64,000 bases of DNA from the human T2T-CHM13v2.0 reference genome, Homo sapiens. The position numbers were made by a program, and so were the translations under genes. Location: assembly GCF_009914755.1 (NCBI RefSeq), contig NC_060933.1. One strand, given 5' to 3'. The notes below the pieces were generated by a model. It ran no database searches and had not been told where the DNA came from. It worked only from the letters and a program-made list of their open reading frames with translations. Shown here piece by piece: positions 14,465 through 28,905 of this stretch (positions are counted from its first letter, which is position 1; every line of letters starts with the position of its first letter).

Positions 14465-14529
14465 GGAATATTCCGGAATGGAATGGAATGGAATGGAATG
14501 GAATGCAATGGAATGGAATCTTCCGGAAT
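14465..14529. promoter_or_regulatory. Two HSE motifs 50 bp apart (GGAATATTCCGGAAT at 14465; GGAATCTTCCGGAAT at 14515)
   Basis: Read directly; produced by a local 50-bp duplication. Confidence 0.55.
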
Positions 14530-15059
14530 GGAATGGAATTGAAAGGAATAGAATGGAATGGAATGGAATGTAATGGATTCAACTCGATTGCAATGGAATT
14601 GAATAGAATGGAATGGAATGGAATGGAACGGAATGGAATTAAACCGAATAGAATGGAATGGAATGGCATGGAATGGAACAGAACGGAACGGAACGGAACG
14701 GAGTGGAAAGGAATGGAATGGAATTGTATGGAATGGAATGGAATGGTACGGAATAGAATGGAATGGAAAGAATTGGAATGGAATGGAATGGAATGGAATG
14801 GAATGGAATGGAATCAACGCGAGTGCAGGGGAATGGAATGGAATGGAATGCAATGGAATGCAATCTTCCGGAATGGAATGGAATGGAATGGAATGGAATG
14901 GAATGGAATGGAATCAACCCGAGTGCAATGGAATGGAGTGGAATGGAATGGAATGGAATGGAATGGAATTGAATGGAATGCAATGGAATGGAATCAACCC
15001 GAGTACAATGGAACGGAATGGAATGGAATGGAATGGAATGGATTGGAATGGAATGGAAT

Positions 15060-18000
15060 GGAATCGTTCCGAGTGGAATAGGAGGGAATGTATTCGAGTG
15101 GAATGGAAAGGAATGGAATCAACCAGAGTGGAATGGAAGGGAATGGAATGGATTGGAAACTAATAGAATGGAATCAACCTTAGTGGAATGGAATGGAAAG
15201 GACTGGAATGGAAAGGAATGCAATGGAATGGAATGGAATGGAATGGAATGGAATGGAATGGAATCAACGCGAGTGCAGGGGAATGGAATGGAATCTTATG
15301 GAATAGAATGGAATGGAATGGAATCAACCCGAGTGCAGGGGAATGTAATGGAACGGAATGCAATGGAATGGAATCATCCGGAATGGAATGGAATGGAATG
15401 GAATGGAATCAACCCGAGTGCAATGGAATGGAGTGGAATGGAATGGAATGGAATGGAACAATCCGAATGGAATGGAATGTAATGGAGAGTAAGGGAGTTG
15501 AAAAGAATCAATCCGAATGTAATGGAATGAAACGGAATGGAATGGAATGGAATGGAATGGAATGGAATGGAATGGAATGGAATGCAATGGAATGGAATCA
15601 ACCCGAGTACAATGGAATGGAATGGAATGGAATGGAATGGAATGGAATGGAATGATACGGAATAGAATGGAATGGAACGAAATGGAATGGAATGGAAAGG
15701 AATTGAATGGAATGGAATGTAATCGTTCCGAGTGGAATAGGAGGGAATGTATTCGAGTGGAATGGAAAGGAATGGAATCAACAAGCGTGGAATGGAAGGG
15801 AATGGAATGGAATGGAAACTAATAGAATGGAATCAACCCGAGTGGAATGGAATGGAAAGGACTGGAATAGAATGGAGTCGAATGGAATCAACTCGATTGT
15901 AATGGAATGGAATGGAATGGAATGGAATGGAATGGAATGGAATGGAATGGAATAAACCCGAGTGCAATGGAATGGAGTGGAATGGAATGGAATGGAATGG
16001 AACAACCCGAATGGAATGGAATGTAATGGAGAGTAAGGCAGTTGAATAGAATCAATCCGAATGTAATGGAATGGAATGGAACGGAATGGAATTGAATGGA
16101 ATGGAATGGAATGCAATGGAATGGAATCAACCCGAGTGCAATGGAATGGAGAGGAATGGAATGGAATGGAATGGAAACTACCCGAAAGGAATGGAATGTA
16201 ATGGAGTGTAAGGGAATTGAATAGAATCAATCCGAATGGAATGGAATGGAATGGAACGGAATGTAATGGAATGGAATGGAATGGAATCAACCCGAGTGCA
16301 GGGGAATGGAATGGAATGGAATGCAATGGAATGGAATCATCCGGAATGGAATGGAATGGAATGGAATGGAATGGAATGGAATGGAATTAACCCGAATAGA
16401 ATGGAATGGAATGGAATGGAACGGAACGGAATGGAATGGAATGGAATGGAATGGAACGGAACGGAATGGAATGGAATGGAATGGAATGGAATGGAATGGA
16501 ATCAACGCGAGTGCAGGGGAATGGAATGGAATGGAATGCAATGGAATGGAATCTTCCGGAATGGAATGGAATGGAATGGAATGGAATGAAATGCAATGGA
16601 TTCAACTCGATTGCAATGGAATGCAATAGAATGGAATGGAATGCAATGGAATGGAATGGAATTAACCCGAATAGAATGGAATGGAATGGAATGGAACGGA
16701 ATGGAACGGAATGGAACGGAATGGAATGGAATGGAATGGTATGGAATGGAATGGAATGGTACGGAATAGAATGGAATGGAACGAATTGTAATGGAATGGA
16801 ATTGAATGGAATGGAATGGAATGGAATGGAATCAACGCGAGTGCAGGGGAATGTAATGGAACGGAATGCAATGGAATGGAATCATCCGGAATGGAATGGA
16901 ATGGAATGGAATGGAATGGAATGGAATGGAATCAACCCGAGTGCAATGGAATGGAGTGGAATGGAATGGAATGGAATGGAATGGAGCAACCCGAATGGAA
17001 TGGAATGTAATGGAGAGTAAGTGAGTTGAATAGAATCAATCCGAATGTAATGGAATGGAATGCAACGGAATGGAATGGAATGGAATGGAATGCAATGGAA
17101 TGGAATCAACCCGAGTACAATGAAATGGAAAGGAATGGAATGGAATGGAATGGAATGGAATGTAATGGAATGGAATGGAATGCCTTCAAAACGAATGGAA
17201 TTGAAAGGAATGGAATCAACACGAGTGGAATGGAATGGAACGGAATGGAATGGAATGGAGTGGAATGGAATCGTTCCGAGTGGAATAGGAGGCAATGTAT
17301 TCGAGTGGAATGGAAAGGAATGGAATCAACCAGAGTGGAATGGAAGGGAATGAAATGGATTGGAAACTAATAGAATGGAATCAACCTGAGTGGAATGGAA
17401 TGGAAAGGACTGGAATGGAAAGGAATGGAATGGAATGGAATGGAATGGAATGGAATGGAATGGAATGGAATCAACGCGAGTGCAGGGGAATGGAATGGAA
17501 TCGAATGGAATAGAATGGAATGGAATTTAATCAACCCGAGTGCAGGGGAATGTAATGGAACGGAATGCAATGGAATGGAATCATCCGGAATGGAATGGAA
17601 TGGAATGGAATGGAATCAACCCGAGTGCAATGGAATGGAGTGGAATGGAATGGAATGGAATGGAACAATCCGAATGGAATGGAATGTAATGGAGAGTAAG
17701 GGAGTTGAAAAGAATCAATCAGAATGTAATGGAATGGAACGGAATGGAATGGAATGGAATGGAATGGAATGGAATGGAATGGAATGCAATGGAATGGAAT
17801 CAACCCGAGTACAATGGAATGGAATGGAATGGAATGGAATGATACGGAATAGAATGGAATGGAACGAAATGGAATGGAATGGAATGGAATGGAATGCAAT
17901 GGAATGGAATGGAATGGAATGGAATGGAATGGAATGGAATGGAATGGAATCGTTCCGAGTGGAATAGGAGGGAATGTATTCGAGTGGAATGGAAAGGAAT

Positions 18001-18440
18001 GGAATCAACAAGAGTGGAATGGAAGGGAATGGAATGGAATGGAAACTAATAGAATGGAATCAACCCGAGTGGAATGGAATGGAAAGGACTGGTATAGAAT
18101 GGAATGGAATGGAATCAACTCGATTGTAATGGAATGGAATGGAATGGAATGGAATGGAATCAACCCGAGTGCAATGGAATGGAGTGGAATGGAATGGAAT
18201 GCAATGGAACAACCCGAATGGAATGGAATGTAATGGAGAGTACGGGAGTTGAATAGAATCAATCCGAATGTAATGGAATGGAATGGAACGGAATGGAATT
18301 GAATGGAATGGAATGGAATGCAATGGAATGGAATCAACCCGAGTGCAGTGGAATGGAGAGGAATGGAATGGAATGGAATGGAAACTACCCGAATGGAATG
18401 GAATGTAATGGAGTGTAAGGGAATTGAATAGAATCAATCC
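15060..18440 (+). repeat. Older ~1.2-kb duplication at ~2.2-kb offset (15060-16230 vs 17270-18440)
   Basis: ORF offset +2207 (15160/17367, 15188/17395, 15324/17531). Shared variants GGATTGGAAACTAAT, CAACCT(T/G)AGT, GAACAATCCGA, GTTGAAAAGAA, CAACAAG(C/A)GT. Confidence 0.8.
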
Positions 18441-18923
18441 GAATGTAATGGAATGGAATGGAATGGAATGGAATGCAATGGAATGGAATCAACCCGAGTG
18501 CAATCGAATGGAATCGAATGGAATGGAATGCAATGGAATGGATTCAACTTGAATGCAATGGAAAGAATGGAATCAACACGAGTGGAATGGCATGGATTGG
18601 AATGGAATGGAATGGAATCAACCCGAGTACAGGGGAATGGAATAGAATGGAATGCAATGGAATGGAATCATCCGTAATGGAATGGAAAGGAACGGAACGG
18701 AATGGAATGGAATGGAATGGCATGGAATGGAATCAACTCGATTGCAATCGAATGGAATGGAATGGAATTAACCCGAATAGAATGGAATGGAATGGAATGG
18801 AACGGAACGTAATGGAATGGAATGGAATGGAATGGAATGGAACGGAACGGAATGGAATGGAATGGAATGGAATGGAATCAATGCGAGTGCAGGGGAATGG
18901 AACGGAATGGAATGCAATGGAAT

Positions 18924-18938
18924 GGAAACTTCCGGAAT
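18924..18938. promoter_or_regulatory. HSE motif variant gGAAa-cTTCc-gGAAt
   Basis: GGAAACTTCCGGAAT; also at 32016, 37971, 45461, 50342 and 59628. Confidence 0.55.
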
Positions 18939-21900
18939 GCAATGGAATGAAATGGAATGGAATGCAAAGCAATGGAATCAACTCGATTGCAATGGAATGC
19001 AATGGAATGGAAAGGAATACATTGCAATCAACCCGAGTGGAATGGAATGGAAAGGACTGGAATGGAGTGGAATGGAATGGAATGGAATGGAAAGGAAAGG
19101 AATCAACTCGATTGGAATTGAATGGAATGGAATGGAATGGAATTAACCCGAATAGAATGGAATGGAATGGAACGGAACGGAATGGAATGGAATGGAATGG
19201 CATGGAATGGAATGGAATGGAATCAACCCGACTGCAGTGGAATGGAATGGAATGGAATGCAATGGAATGGATTCAACTTGAATGGAATGGAAAGAATGGA
19301 ACCAAAACGAGTGGAATGGCATGGATTGGAAAGGAATGGAATGGAACCAACCCGAGTGCAGGGGAATGTAATGGAACGGAATGCAATGGAATGGAATCAT
19401 CCGGAATGGAATGGAATGGAATGGAATGGAATGGAATGGAATCAACCCGAGTGCAATGGAATGGAGTGGAATGGAATGGAATGGAATGGAACAACCCGAA
19501 TGGAATGGAATGTAATGGAGAGTAAGGGAGTTGAAAAGAATCAATCCGAATGTAATGGAATGGAATGGAACGGAATGGAATGGAATGGAATGGAATGGAA
19601 TGCAATGCAGTGGAATGGAATCAACCCGAGTACAATGGAATGGAATGGAATGGAATGGAATGGAAGGGAATGGAATGGAATGGAATGCAATGGAATGGAA
19701 TCTTCCGGAATGGAATGGAATGGAATGGAATGGAATGGAATGCAATGGATTCAACTCGATTGCAATGGAATGGAATAGAATGGAATGCAATGGAATGGAA
19801 TGGAATGGAATTAAACCGAATTAATGGAATGGAATGGAATGGAACGGAACAGAACGCAACGGAACGGAACGGAGTGGAATGGAATGGAATGGAATTGTAT
19901 GGAATGGAATGGAATGGTACGGAATAGAATGCAATGGAAAGAATTGGAATGGAATGGAATCGAATGGAATGGAATGGAATGGAATGGAATCAACCCGAGT
20001 GCAGGGGAATGTAATGGAACGGAATGCAATGGAATGGAATCATCCGTAATGGAATGGAAAGGAATGGAATGGAATGGAATGGAATGGAATGGAATCAACT
20101 CGATTGCAATCGAATGGAATGGAATGGAATTAACCCGAATAGAATGGAATGGAATGGAATGGAATGGAACGGAATGGAATGCAATGGAATGGAATGGAAT
20201 GGAATGGAACGGAACGGAATGGAATGGAATGGAATGGAATGGAATCAACGCGAGTGCAGGGGAATGGAATGGATTGGAATGCAATGGAATGGAATCTTCC
20301 GGAATGGAATGGAATGGAATGGAATGGAATGAAATGCAATGGATTCAACTCGATTGCAATGGAATGGAATAGAATGGAATGGAATGGAATGGAATGGAAT
20401 GGAATGGAATTAACCCGAATAGAATGGAATGGAATGGAATGGAACGGAATGGAACGGAATGGAATGGAATGGAATGGAATGGAATGGTATGGAATGGAAT
20501 GGAATGGTACGGAATAGAATGGAATGGAACGAATTGTAAAGGAATGGAATTGAATGGAATGGGATGGAATGGAATGGAATCAACGCGAGTGCAGGGGAAT
20601 GTAATGGAACGGAATGCAATGGAATGGAATCATCCGGAATGGAATGGAATGGAATGGAATCGAATGGAATCAACCCGAGTGCAATGGAATGGAGTGGAAT
20701 GGAATGGAATGGAATGGCATGGAACAACGCGAATGGAATGGAATGTAATGGAGAGTAAGGGAGTTTAATAGAATCAATCCGAATGTAATGGAATGGAATG
20801 CAACGGAATGGAATGGAATGGAATGGAATGGAATGGAATCAACCCGAGTACAATGAAATGGAATGGAATGGAATGGAATCAACCCGAGTGCAGGGGAATG
20901 GAATGGAATGGAATGCAATGGAATGGAATCATCCGGAATGGAATGGAATGGAATGGAATGCAATCAACCTGATGCAATGGAATGGAGTGGAATGGAATGG
21001 AATGGAATGGAAACATCCCGAATGGAATGGAATGTAATGGAGTGTAAGGGAATTGAATAGAATCAATCCGAATGTAATGGAATGGAATGGAATGAAATGG
21101 AATGGAATGGAATGGAATGGAATCAACCCGAGTGCAATGGAATGGATTCGAATGGAATGGAATGGAATGGAATGGAATCAACTCGATTGGAATGGAATGG
21201 AATGGAATGGAATGGAATTCACCCGAATAGAATGGAATGGAATGGAATTGAACGGAATGGAATGGAATGGAATGGAATGGAATGGAATGGAATGGAATCA
21301 ACCCGACTGCAGGGGAATGGAATGAAATGGAATGGAATGGAATGGAATCATCCGGAACAGAATGGACTGGAATGGAATGGAATCAACTCGATTGCAATGG
21401 AATGGAATGGAATGGAATTTAATCGAATGGATTGGAATGGAATTAACCGGAATAGAATGGAATGGAATGGAATGGAACGGAATGGAATGGAATGGAATGG
21501 AATGGAATGGAATCAACCCGAGTGCAGGGGAATGGAATGGAATGGAATGCAATGGAATGGAATCATCCGGAATGGAATGGAATGGAATGGAATGCAATCA
21601 ACCTGATGCAATGGAATGGAGTGGAATGGAATGGAATGGAATGGAAACATCCCGAATGGAATGGAATGTAATGGATTGTAAGGGAATTGAATAGAATCAA
21701 TCCGAATGTAATGGAATGGAATGGAATGAAATGGAATGGAATGGAATGGAATGGAATCAACCCGAGTGCAATGGAATGGATTCGAATGGAATGGAATGGA
21801 ATGGAATGGATTCAACAAGAATGGAATGGAAAGGAATGGAATCAACCCGAGTGTAATGGCATGGAATGGAACGGAATGGAATGGGATGGAATGGAATGGT

Positions 21901-24900
21901 ATGGAATAGAATGGAATAGAATGAAATGGAATGGAATGGAACGGAATGGAATGGAATGCAATGGAATGGAATGAACCCGTGTGCAATGGAATGGAATGGA
22001 ATGGAATGGAATGGATTCAACTCGAATGGAATCAACTCGATTGCAATGGAATGGAATGGAATTGAAAGGAATAGAATGGAATCAACACGAGTGGAATGGA
22101 ATGGAAAGGACTGGAATGGAGTGGAATGGAATGGAATGGAATTAACACGAATAGAATGAAATGGAACGGAATGGAATGGAATGTAATGTAATGGAATGGA
22201 ATGGAATCAACCCGAGGGCAGGGGAATGGAATGGAATGGAATGCAATGGAATGGAATCATCCGGAATGGAATGGAATGGAATGGAATGGAATGGAATGGA
22301 ATGGAATGGAATCAACTCGATTTCAATGGAATGGAATGGAATAGAATGGAATGGAATTAACACGAATAGAATGGAATGGAATGGAATTGAATGGAACAGA
22401 AAGGAATGGAATGGAATGGAATGGAATCAACCCAAGTGCAGGGGAATGGAATGGAATGGAATTCAATGGAATGGAATCATCCGGAATGGAATGGAATGGA
22501 ATGGAATGGAATGGAATCAACGCGAGTGCAGGGGAATGGAATGGAATGGAATGCAATGGAATGGAATCTTCCGGAATGGAATGGAATGGAATGGAATGGA
22601 ATGGAATGGAATGGAATAAACCCGAGTGCAATGGAATGGAGTGGAATGGAATGGAATGGAATGGAACAACCCGAATGGAATGGAATGTAATGGAGAGTAA
22701 GGGAGTTGAATAGAGTCAATCCGAATGTAATGGAATGGAATGGAACGGAATGGAATTGAATGGAATGGAATGGAATGCAATGGAATGGAATCAACCCGAG
22801 TTCAATGGAATGGAGAGGAATGGAATGGAATGGAATGGAAACTACCCGAATGGAATGGAATGTAATGGAGTGTAAGGGAATTGAATAGAATCAATCCGAA
22901 TGTAATGGAATGGAATGGAACGGAATGGAATGAAATGGAATGGAATGGAATGGAATGGAATGCAATGGAATGGAATCAACCCGAGTGCAATCGAATGGAA
23001 TCGAATGGAAAGGAATGCAATGGAATGGATTCAACTTGAATGGAATGGAAAGAATGGAATCAACACGAGTGGAATGGCATGGATTGGAATGGAATGGAAT
23101 GGAATCAACTCGAGTACAGGGGAATGGAATGGAATGGAATGCAATAGAATGGAATCATCCGTAATGGAATGGAAAGGAATGGAATGGAATGGAATGGAAT
23201 GGAATGGAATCAACTCGATTGCAATCGAATGGAATGGAATGGAATTAAACCGAATAGAATGGAATGGAATGGAATGGAACGGAACGGAACGGAACGGAGT
23301 GGAATGCAATGGAATGGAATTGTATGGAATGGAATGGCATGGTACGGAATAGAATGGAATGGAAAGAATTGGAATGGAATGGAATCGAATGGAATGGAAT
23401 GGAATGGAATGGAATCAACCCGAGTGCAGGGGAATGGAATGGAACGGAATGCAATGGAATGGAATCATCCGGAATGGAATGGAATGGAATGGAATGGAAT
23501 GGAATGGAATGGAATGGAATGGAATCAACCCAAGTGCAATGGAATGGAGTGGAATGGAATGGAATGGAATGGAACAACCCGAATGGAATGGAATGTAATA
23601 GACAGTAAGGGAGTTGAATAGAATCAATCCGAATGTAATGGAATGGAACGGAGTGGAATGGAATGGAATGGAATGGAATGCAATGGAATGGAATCAACCC
23701 GAGTACAATGGAACGGAATGGAATGTAATGTAATGTAATGGAATGGAATGGAATGGAATGGAATCAACCCAAGTGCAATGGAATGGAGAGGAATGGAATG
23801 GAATGGAATGGAAACTACCCGAATGGAATGGAATGGAATGGAGTGTAAGGGAATTGAATAGAATCAATCCTAATGGAATGGAATGGAATGGAACGGAATG
23901 TAATGTAATGGAATGGAATGGAATCAACCCCAGTGCAGGGGAATGGAATGGAATGGAATGCAATCGAATGGAATCATCCGGAATGGAATGGAATGGAATG
24001 CAATGGAATGGAATGGAATGGAATCAACCCGAGTGCAATGGAATGGAGTGAAATGGAATGGAATGGAATGGAAACAACCAGAATGTATTGGAATATAATG
24101 GAGTGTAAGGGAATTCAATAGAATCAATCTGAATGTAATGAAATGGAATGGAACGGAATGGAATGGAATGGAATGGAATGGAATGCAATGGAATGGAATC
24201 AACCCGAGTGCAATCGAATGGAATCGAATGGAGTGGAATGCAATGGAATGGATTCAACTTGAATGGAATGGAAAGAATGGAATCAACACGAGTGGAATGG
24301 CATGGATTGGAATGGAATGGAATGGAATCAACCCGAGTATAGGGGAATGGAATGGAATGGAATGCAATGGAATGGAATCATCCGTACTGGAATGGAAAGG
24401 AATGGAATGGAATGGAATGGAATGGAATGGAATGGAATGGAATGATACGGAATAGAATGGAATGGAACGAAATGGAATGGAATGGAATGGAATGGAATGG
24501 AATGGAATGGAATGGAATGGAATGGAATGGAATGGAATCGTTCCTAGTGGAATAGGAGGGAATGTATTCGAGTGGAATGGAAAGAAATGGAATCAACCAG
24601 AGTGGAATGGAAGGGAATGGAATGGAATGGAAACTAATAGAATGGAATCAACCCGAGAGGAATGGAATGGAAAGGACTGGAATGGAATGGAATGGAATGG
24701 AATCAACTCGATTGTAATGGAATGGAATGGAATGGAATGGAATGGAATCAACCTGAGTACAATCGAATGGAGAGGAATGGAATGGAATGGAATGGAAACT
24801 ACCCGAATGGAATGGAATGTAATGGAGTGTAAGGGAATTGAATAGAATCAATCCGAATGGAATGGAATGGAATGGAACGGAATGTAATGGAATGGAATAG

Positions 24901-26009
24901 AATGGAATCAACCCGAGTGCAGGTGAATGGAATGGAATGGAATGCAATGGAATGGAATCATCCGGAATGGAAAGGAATGGAATGCAATGGAATGCAATGG
25001 AATGGAATCAACCCGAGTGCAATGGAATGGAGTGAAATGGAATGGAATGGAATGCAGACAACCAGAATGGATTGGAATATAATGGAGTGTAAGGGAATTG
25101 AATAGAATCAATCTGAAGGTAATGAAATGGAATGGAACGGAATGGAATGGAATGTAATGGAATGGAATGGAATGCAATGGATTCAACTCGATTGCAATGG
25201 AATGTAATGGAATGGGATGGAATGGAATGGAATGGAATTAACCCGAATAGAATGGAATGGAATGGAATGGAACGGAATGGAACGGAATGGAATGTAATGG
25301 AATGCAATGGAATGGAATGGAATGGAATGGAATGGTATGGAATGGAATGGAATGGTACGGAATAGAATGGAATGGAACGAATTGTAATGGAATGGAATTG
25401 AATGGAATGGAATGGAATGGAAGGGAATCAACGCGAGTGCAGGGGAATGTAATGGAATGGAATGCAATGGAATGGAATCATCCGGAATGGAATGGAATGG
25501 AATGGAATGGAATGGAATCAACCCGAGTACAGGGGAATGGAATGGAATGGAATGCAATGAAATGGAATCATCCGTAATGGAATGGAAAGGAATGGAATGG
25601 AATGGAATGGAATGGAATGGAATGGAATGGAATGGAATCAACACGATTGCAATCGAATGGAATGGAATGGAATTAACCCGAATAGAATGGAATGGAATGG
25701 AATGGAACGGAACGGAATGGAATGGAATGGAATGGAATGGAACGGAACGGAATGGAATTGAATGGAATGGAATGGTATGGAATGGAATGGAATGGAATGG
25801 TGCGGAATAGAATGGAATGGAACGAATTGTAATGGAATGGAATTGAATGGAATGGAATGGAATGGAATGGAATCAACGCGAGTGCAGGGGAATGTAATGG
25901 AATGGAATGCAATGGAATGGAATCATCCGGAATGGAATGGAATGGAATGGAATGGAATGGAATGGAATCAACCCGAGTGCAATGGAATGGAGTGGAATGG
26001 AATGGAATG

Positions 26010-28440
26010 GAATGGAACAACCCGAATGGAATGGAATGTAATGGAGAGTAAGGGAGTTGAATAGAATCAATCCGAATGTAATGGAATGGAATGCAACGGA
26101 ATGGAATGGAATGGAATGGAATGGAATGCAAAGGAATGGAATCAACCCGAGTGGAATGGCATGGAATGGAATGCAATGGATTGGAATGGAATGGAATCAA
26201 CTCGAGTGGAAAGGAATGGAATGGAATGGAAAGGAATGGAATGAAGTCAACTCGAGTGGAATGGAATGGAATGGAATGGATTGGAATGGATTGCAATGGA
26301 ATGAAATGGAATGGAATGGAATGGAATCAATCACTCCGAGTGGAATGGAAGGGAATGTAATGGAGTGGAAAGAAGGGAATGGAATCAACCCGAGTGGAAT
26401 GCAAGGCAATGGAATGGAATGGAAAGGAATGGAATGCAATCAACTCGATTGCAATGGAATGGAATGGAATGGAATGGATTTAAGCGGAATAGAATGGAAT
26501 GGAATGGAATGGAACGGAATGGAAAGAACACGAGTGCAGGGGAATGGAATGGAATGGAATGCAATGGAATGTAATCATCCGGAATGGAATGGAATGGAAT
26601 GGAATAAACTCCATTGCAATGGAATGGAATGGAATGGAATGGAATAGAATGGAATGGAATTAACCCGAATAGAATGGAATGCAAAAGAATGGAATGCAAC
26701 GGAACCGAATGGAGTGGAACGGAATGGAATGGAATCAACCCGAGTACAGGGGAATGGAATGGAATGGAATGCAATGGAATGGAGTCATCCGTAATGGAAT
26801 GGAAAGGAATGGAATGGAATGGAATGGAATGGAATGGAATGGAATGGAATGGAATCAACTCGATGGCAATCGAATGGAATGGAATGGAATTAACCCGAAT
26901 AGAATGGAATGGAATGGAATGGAACGGAACGGAATGGAATGGAATGGAATGGAACGGAACGGAATGGAATGGAATGGAATGGAATGGAATCAACGCGAGT
27001 GTAGGGGAATGGAATGGATTGGAATGTAATGGAATGGAATCATAGGCAATGGATTCAACTCGATTGCAATGGAATGGAATAGAATGGAATGGAATGGAAT
27101 GGAATGGAATTGAATGGAATGGAATTCCTTCAAACCGAATGGAATGGAAAGGAATGGAATCAACAAGAGTGGAAAGGAATGGAATGGAAAGGAATGGAAT
27201 GGAATGGAATGGTACGGAATAGAATGGAATGGAACGAACTGGAATGGAATGGAATGGAATGGAATGGAATCGTTCCGAGTGGAATAGGCGGGAATGTATT
27301 CGAGTGGAATGGAAAGGATTGGAATCAACCAGAGTGGAATGGAAGGGAATGGAATGGAATGGAAACTAATAGAACAGAATCAAGCCGAGTGGAATGGAAT
27401 GGAAAGGACTGGAATGGAATGGAATGGAATGGAATGGAATCAACTCGATTGTAATGGAATGGAATGGAATGGAATGGAATGGAATGGAATGGTATGGAAT
27501 TAACCCGAATAAAATAGAATGGAATGGAATGGAACGGAATGGAGTGGAATGGAATGGAATCAACCCGAGTGCAGGGGAATGGAATGGAATGGAATGCAAT
27601 GGAATGGAATCAACCGGAATGGAATGGAATGGAATGGAATGCAAAGCAATGGAATCAACTCGATTGCAATGGAATGGAATGGAGTGGAAAGGAATAGAAT
27701 GGAATCAACCCGAGTGTAATGGAATGGAAAGGACTGGAATGGAGTGGAATGGAATGGAATGGAATGGAATGGAATCAACTCGATTGGAATGGAATGGAAT
27801 AGGATGGAATGGAATGGAATGGAATGGATTTAACCCGAATAGAATGGAATGGAATGGAATTGAACGGAACGGAATGGAATGGAATGGAATGGAATGGAAT
27901 GGAATGGAATGGAGTCAACCCGACTGCCGGGGAATGGAATGGAATGGAATGGAATGAAATGGAATGGAATGGAATGGAATGGAATGAAATGGAATGGAAT
28001 GGAATGGAATGGAATGAAATGGAATGGAATGGAATGGAATGGAATCATCCAGAACGGAATTGAATTGAATGGAATGGAATCAACTCGATTGCAATGGAAT
28101 GGAATGGAATGCAATGGAATGGAATGGAATGGAATGGAATTCACCCGAATAGAATGGAATGGAATGGAATGGAAAGGAATGGAAGGGAAGGAAATGGAAT
28201 GTAATCAACCCGAGTGCAGGGGAATGGAATGGAATGGAATGCGATGGAATGGAATCATCCGGAATGGAATGGAATGGAATGGAAAGGAATGGTATCAACC
28301 CGAGTGCAGGGGAATGTAATGGAATGGAATGCAATGGAATGGAATCATCCGGAATGGAATGGAATGGAATGGAATGGAATGGAATGGAATCAACCCGAGT
28401 GCAATGGAATGGAGTGGAATGGAATGGAATCGAATGGCAC
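26010..28440 (+). repeat. ~2.4-kb degenerate unit, repeated in part at ~28440-30000, ~41090-42880, ~55770-56520 and ~560-1800
   Basis: The rare cassette TCAACTCGAGT...TCAATCA(T/C)TCCGAGT...GGAAAGAAGGG...GCAAGGCAAT is at ~26250-26410, ~28690-28855, ~41320-41485 and ~56010-56170. ORF offsets are +2442 (26311/28753) and +15074 (26057/41131). The 560-1800 region shares only the downstream part (CCATTGCA, GGAACCGAA, CTCGATGGCA, CCTTCAAAC). Confidence 0.78.
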
Positions 28441-28905
28441 AACCCGAATGGAATGGAATGCAATGGAGAGTAAGGGAGTTGAATAGAATCAATCCGAATG
28501 TAATGGAATGGAATGCAACGGAATGGAATGGAATGGAATGCAATGGAATGGAATGGAATGGAATGCAAAGGAATGGAATCAACCCGAGTGGAATGGCATG
28601 GAATGGAATGCAATGGATTGCAATGGAATGGAATCAACTCGAGTGGAAAGGAATGGAATGGAATGGAATGGAAAGGAATGGAATGAAGTCAACTCGAGTG
28701 GAATGGAATGGAATGGAATGGATTGGAATGGATTGCAATGGAATGAAATGGAATGGAATGGAATGGAATCAATCATTCCGAGTGGAATGGAAGGGAATGT
28801 AATGGAGTGGAAAGAAGGGAATGGAATCAACCCGAGTGGAATGCAAGGCAATGGAATGCAATGGAAAGGAATGGAATGGAATCAACTCGATTGCAATGGA
28901 ATGGA

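Noticed and set aside
27036-27060. Unique word GGAATCATAGGCAAT as foreign sequence
   Set aside because: Explained as an in-phase deletion joining GGAATCAT to the AGGCAATGGATTCAAC word (compare 1011-1070).
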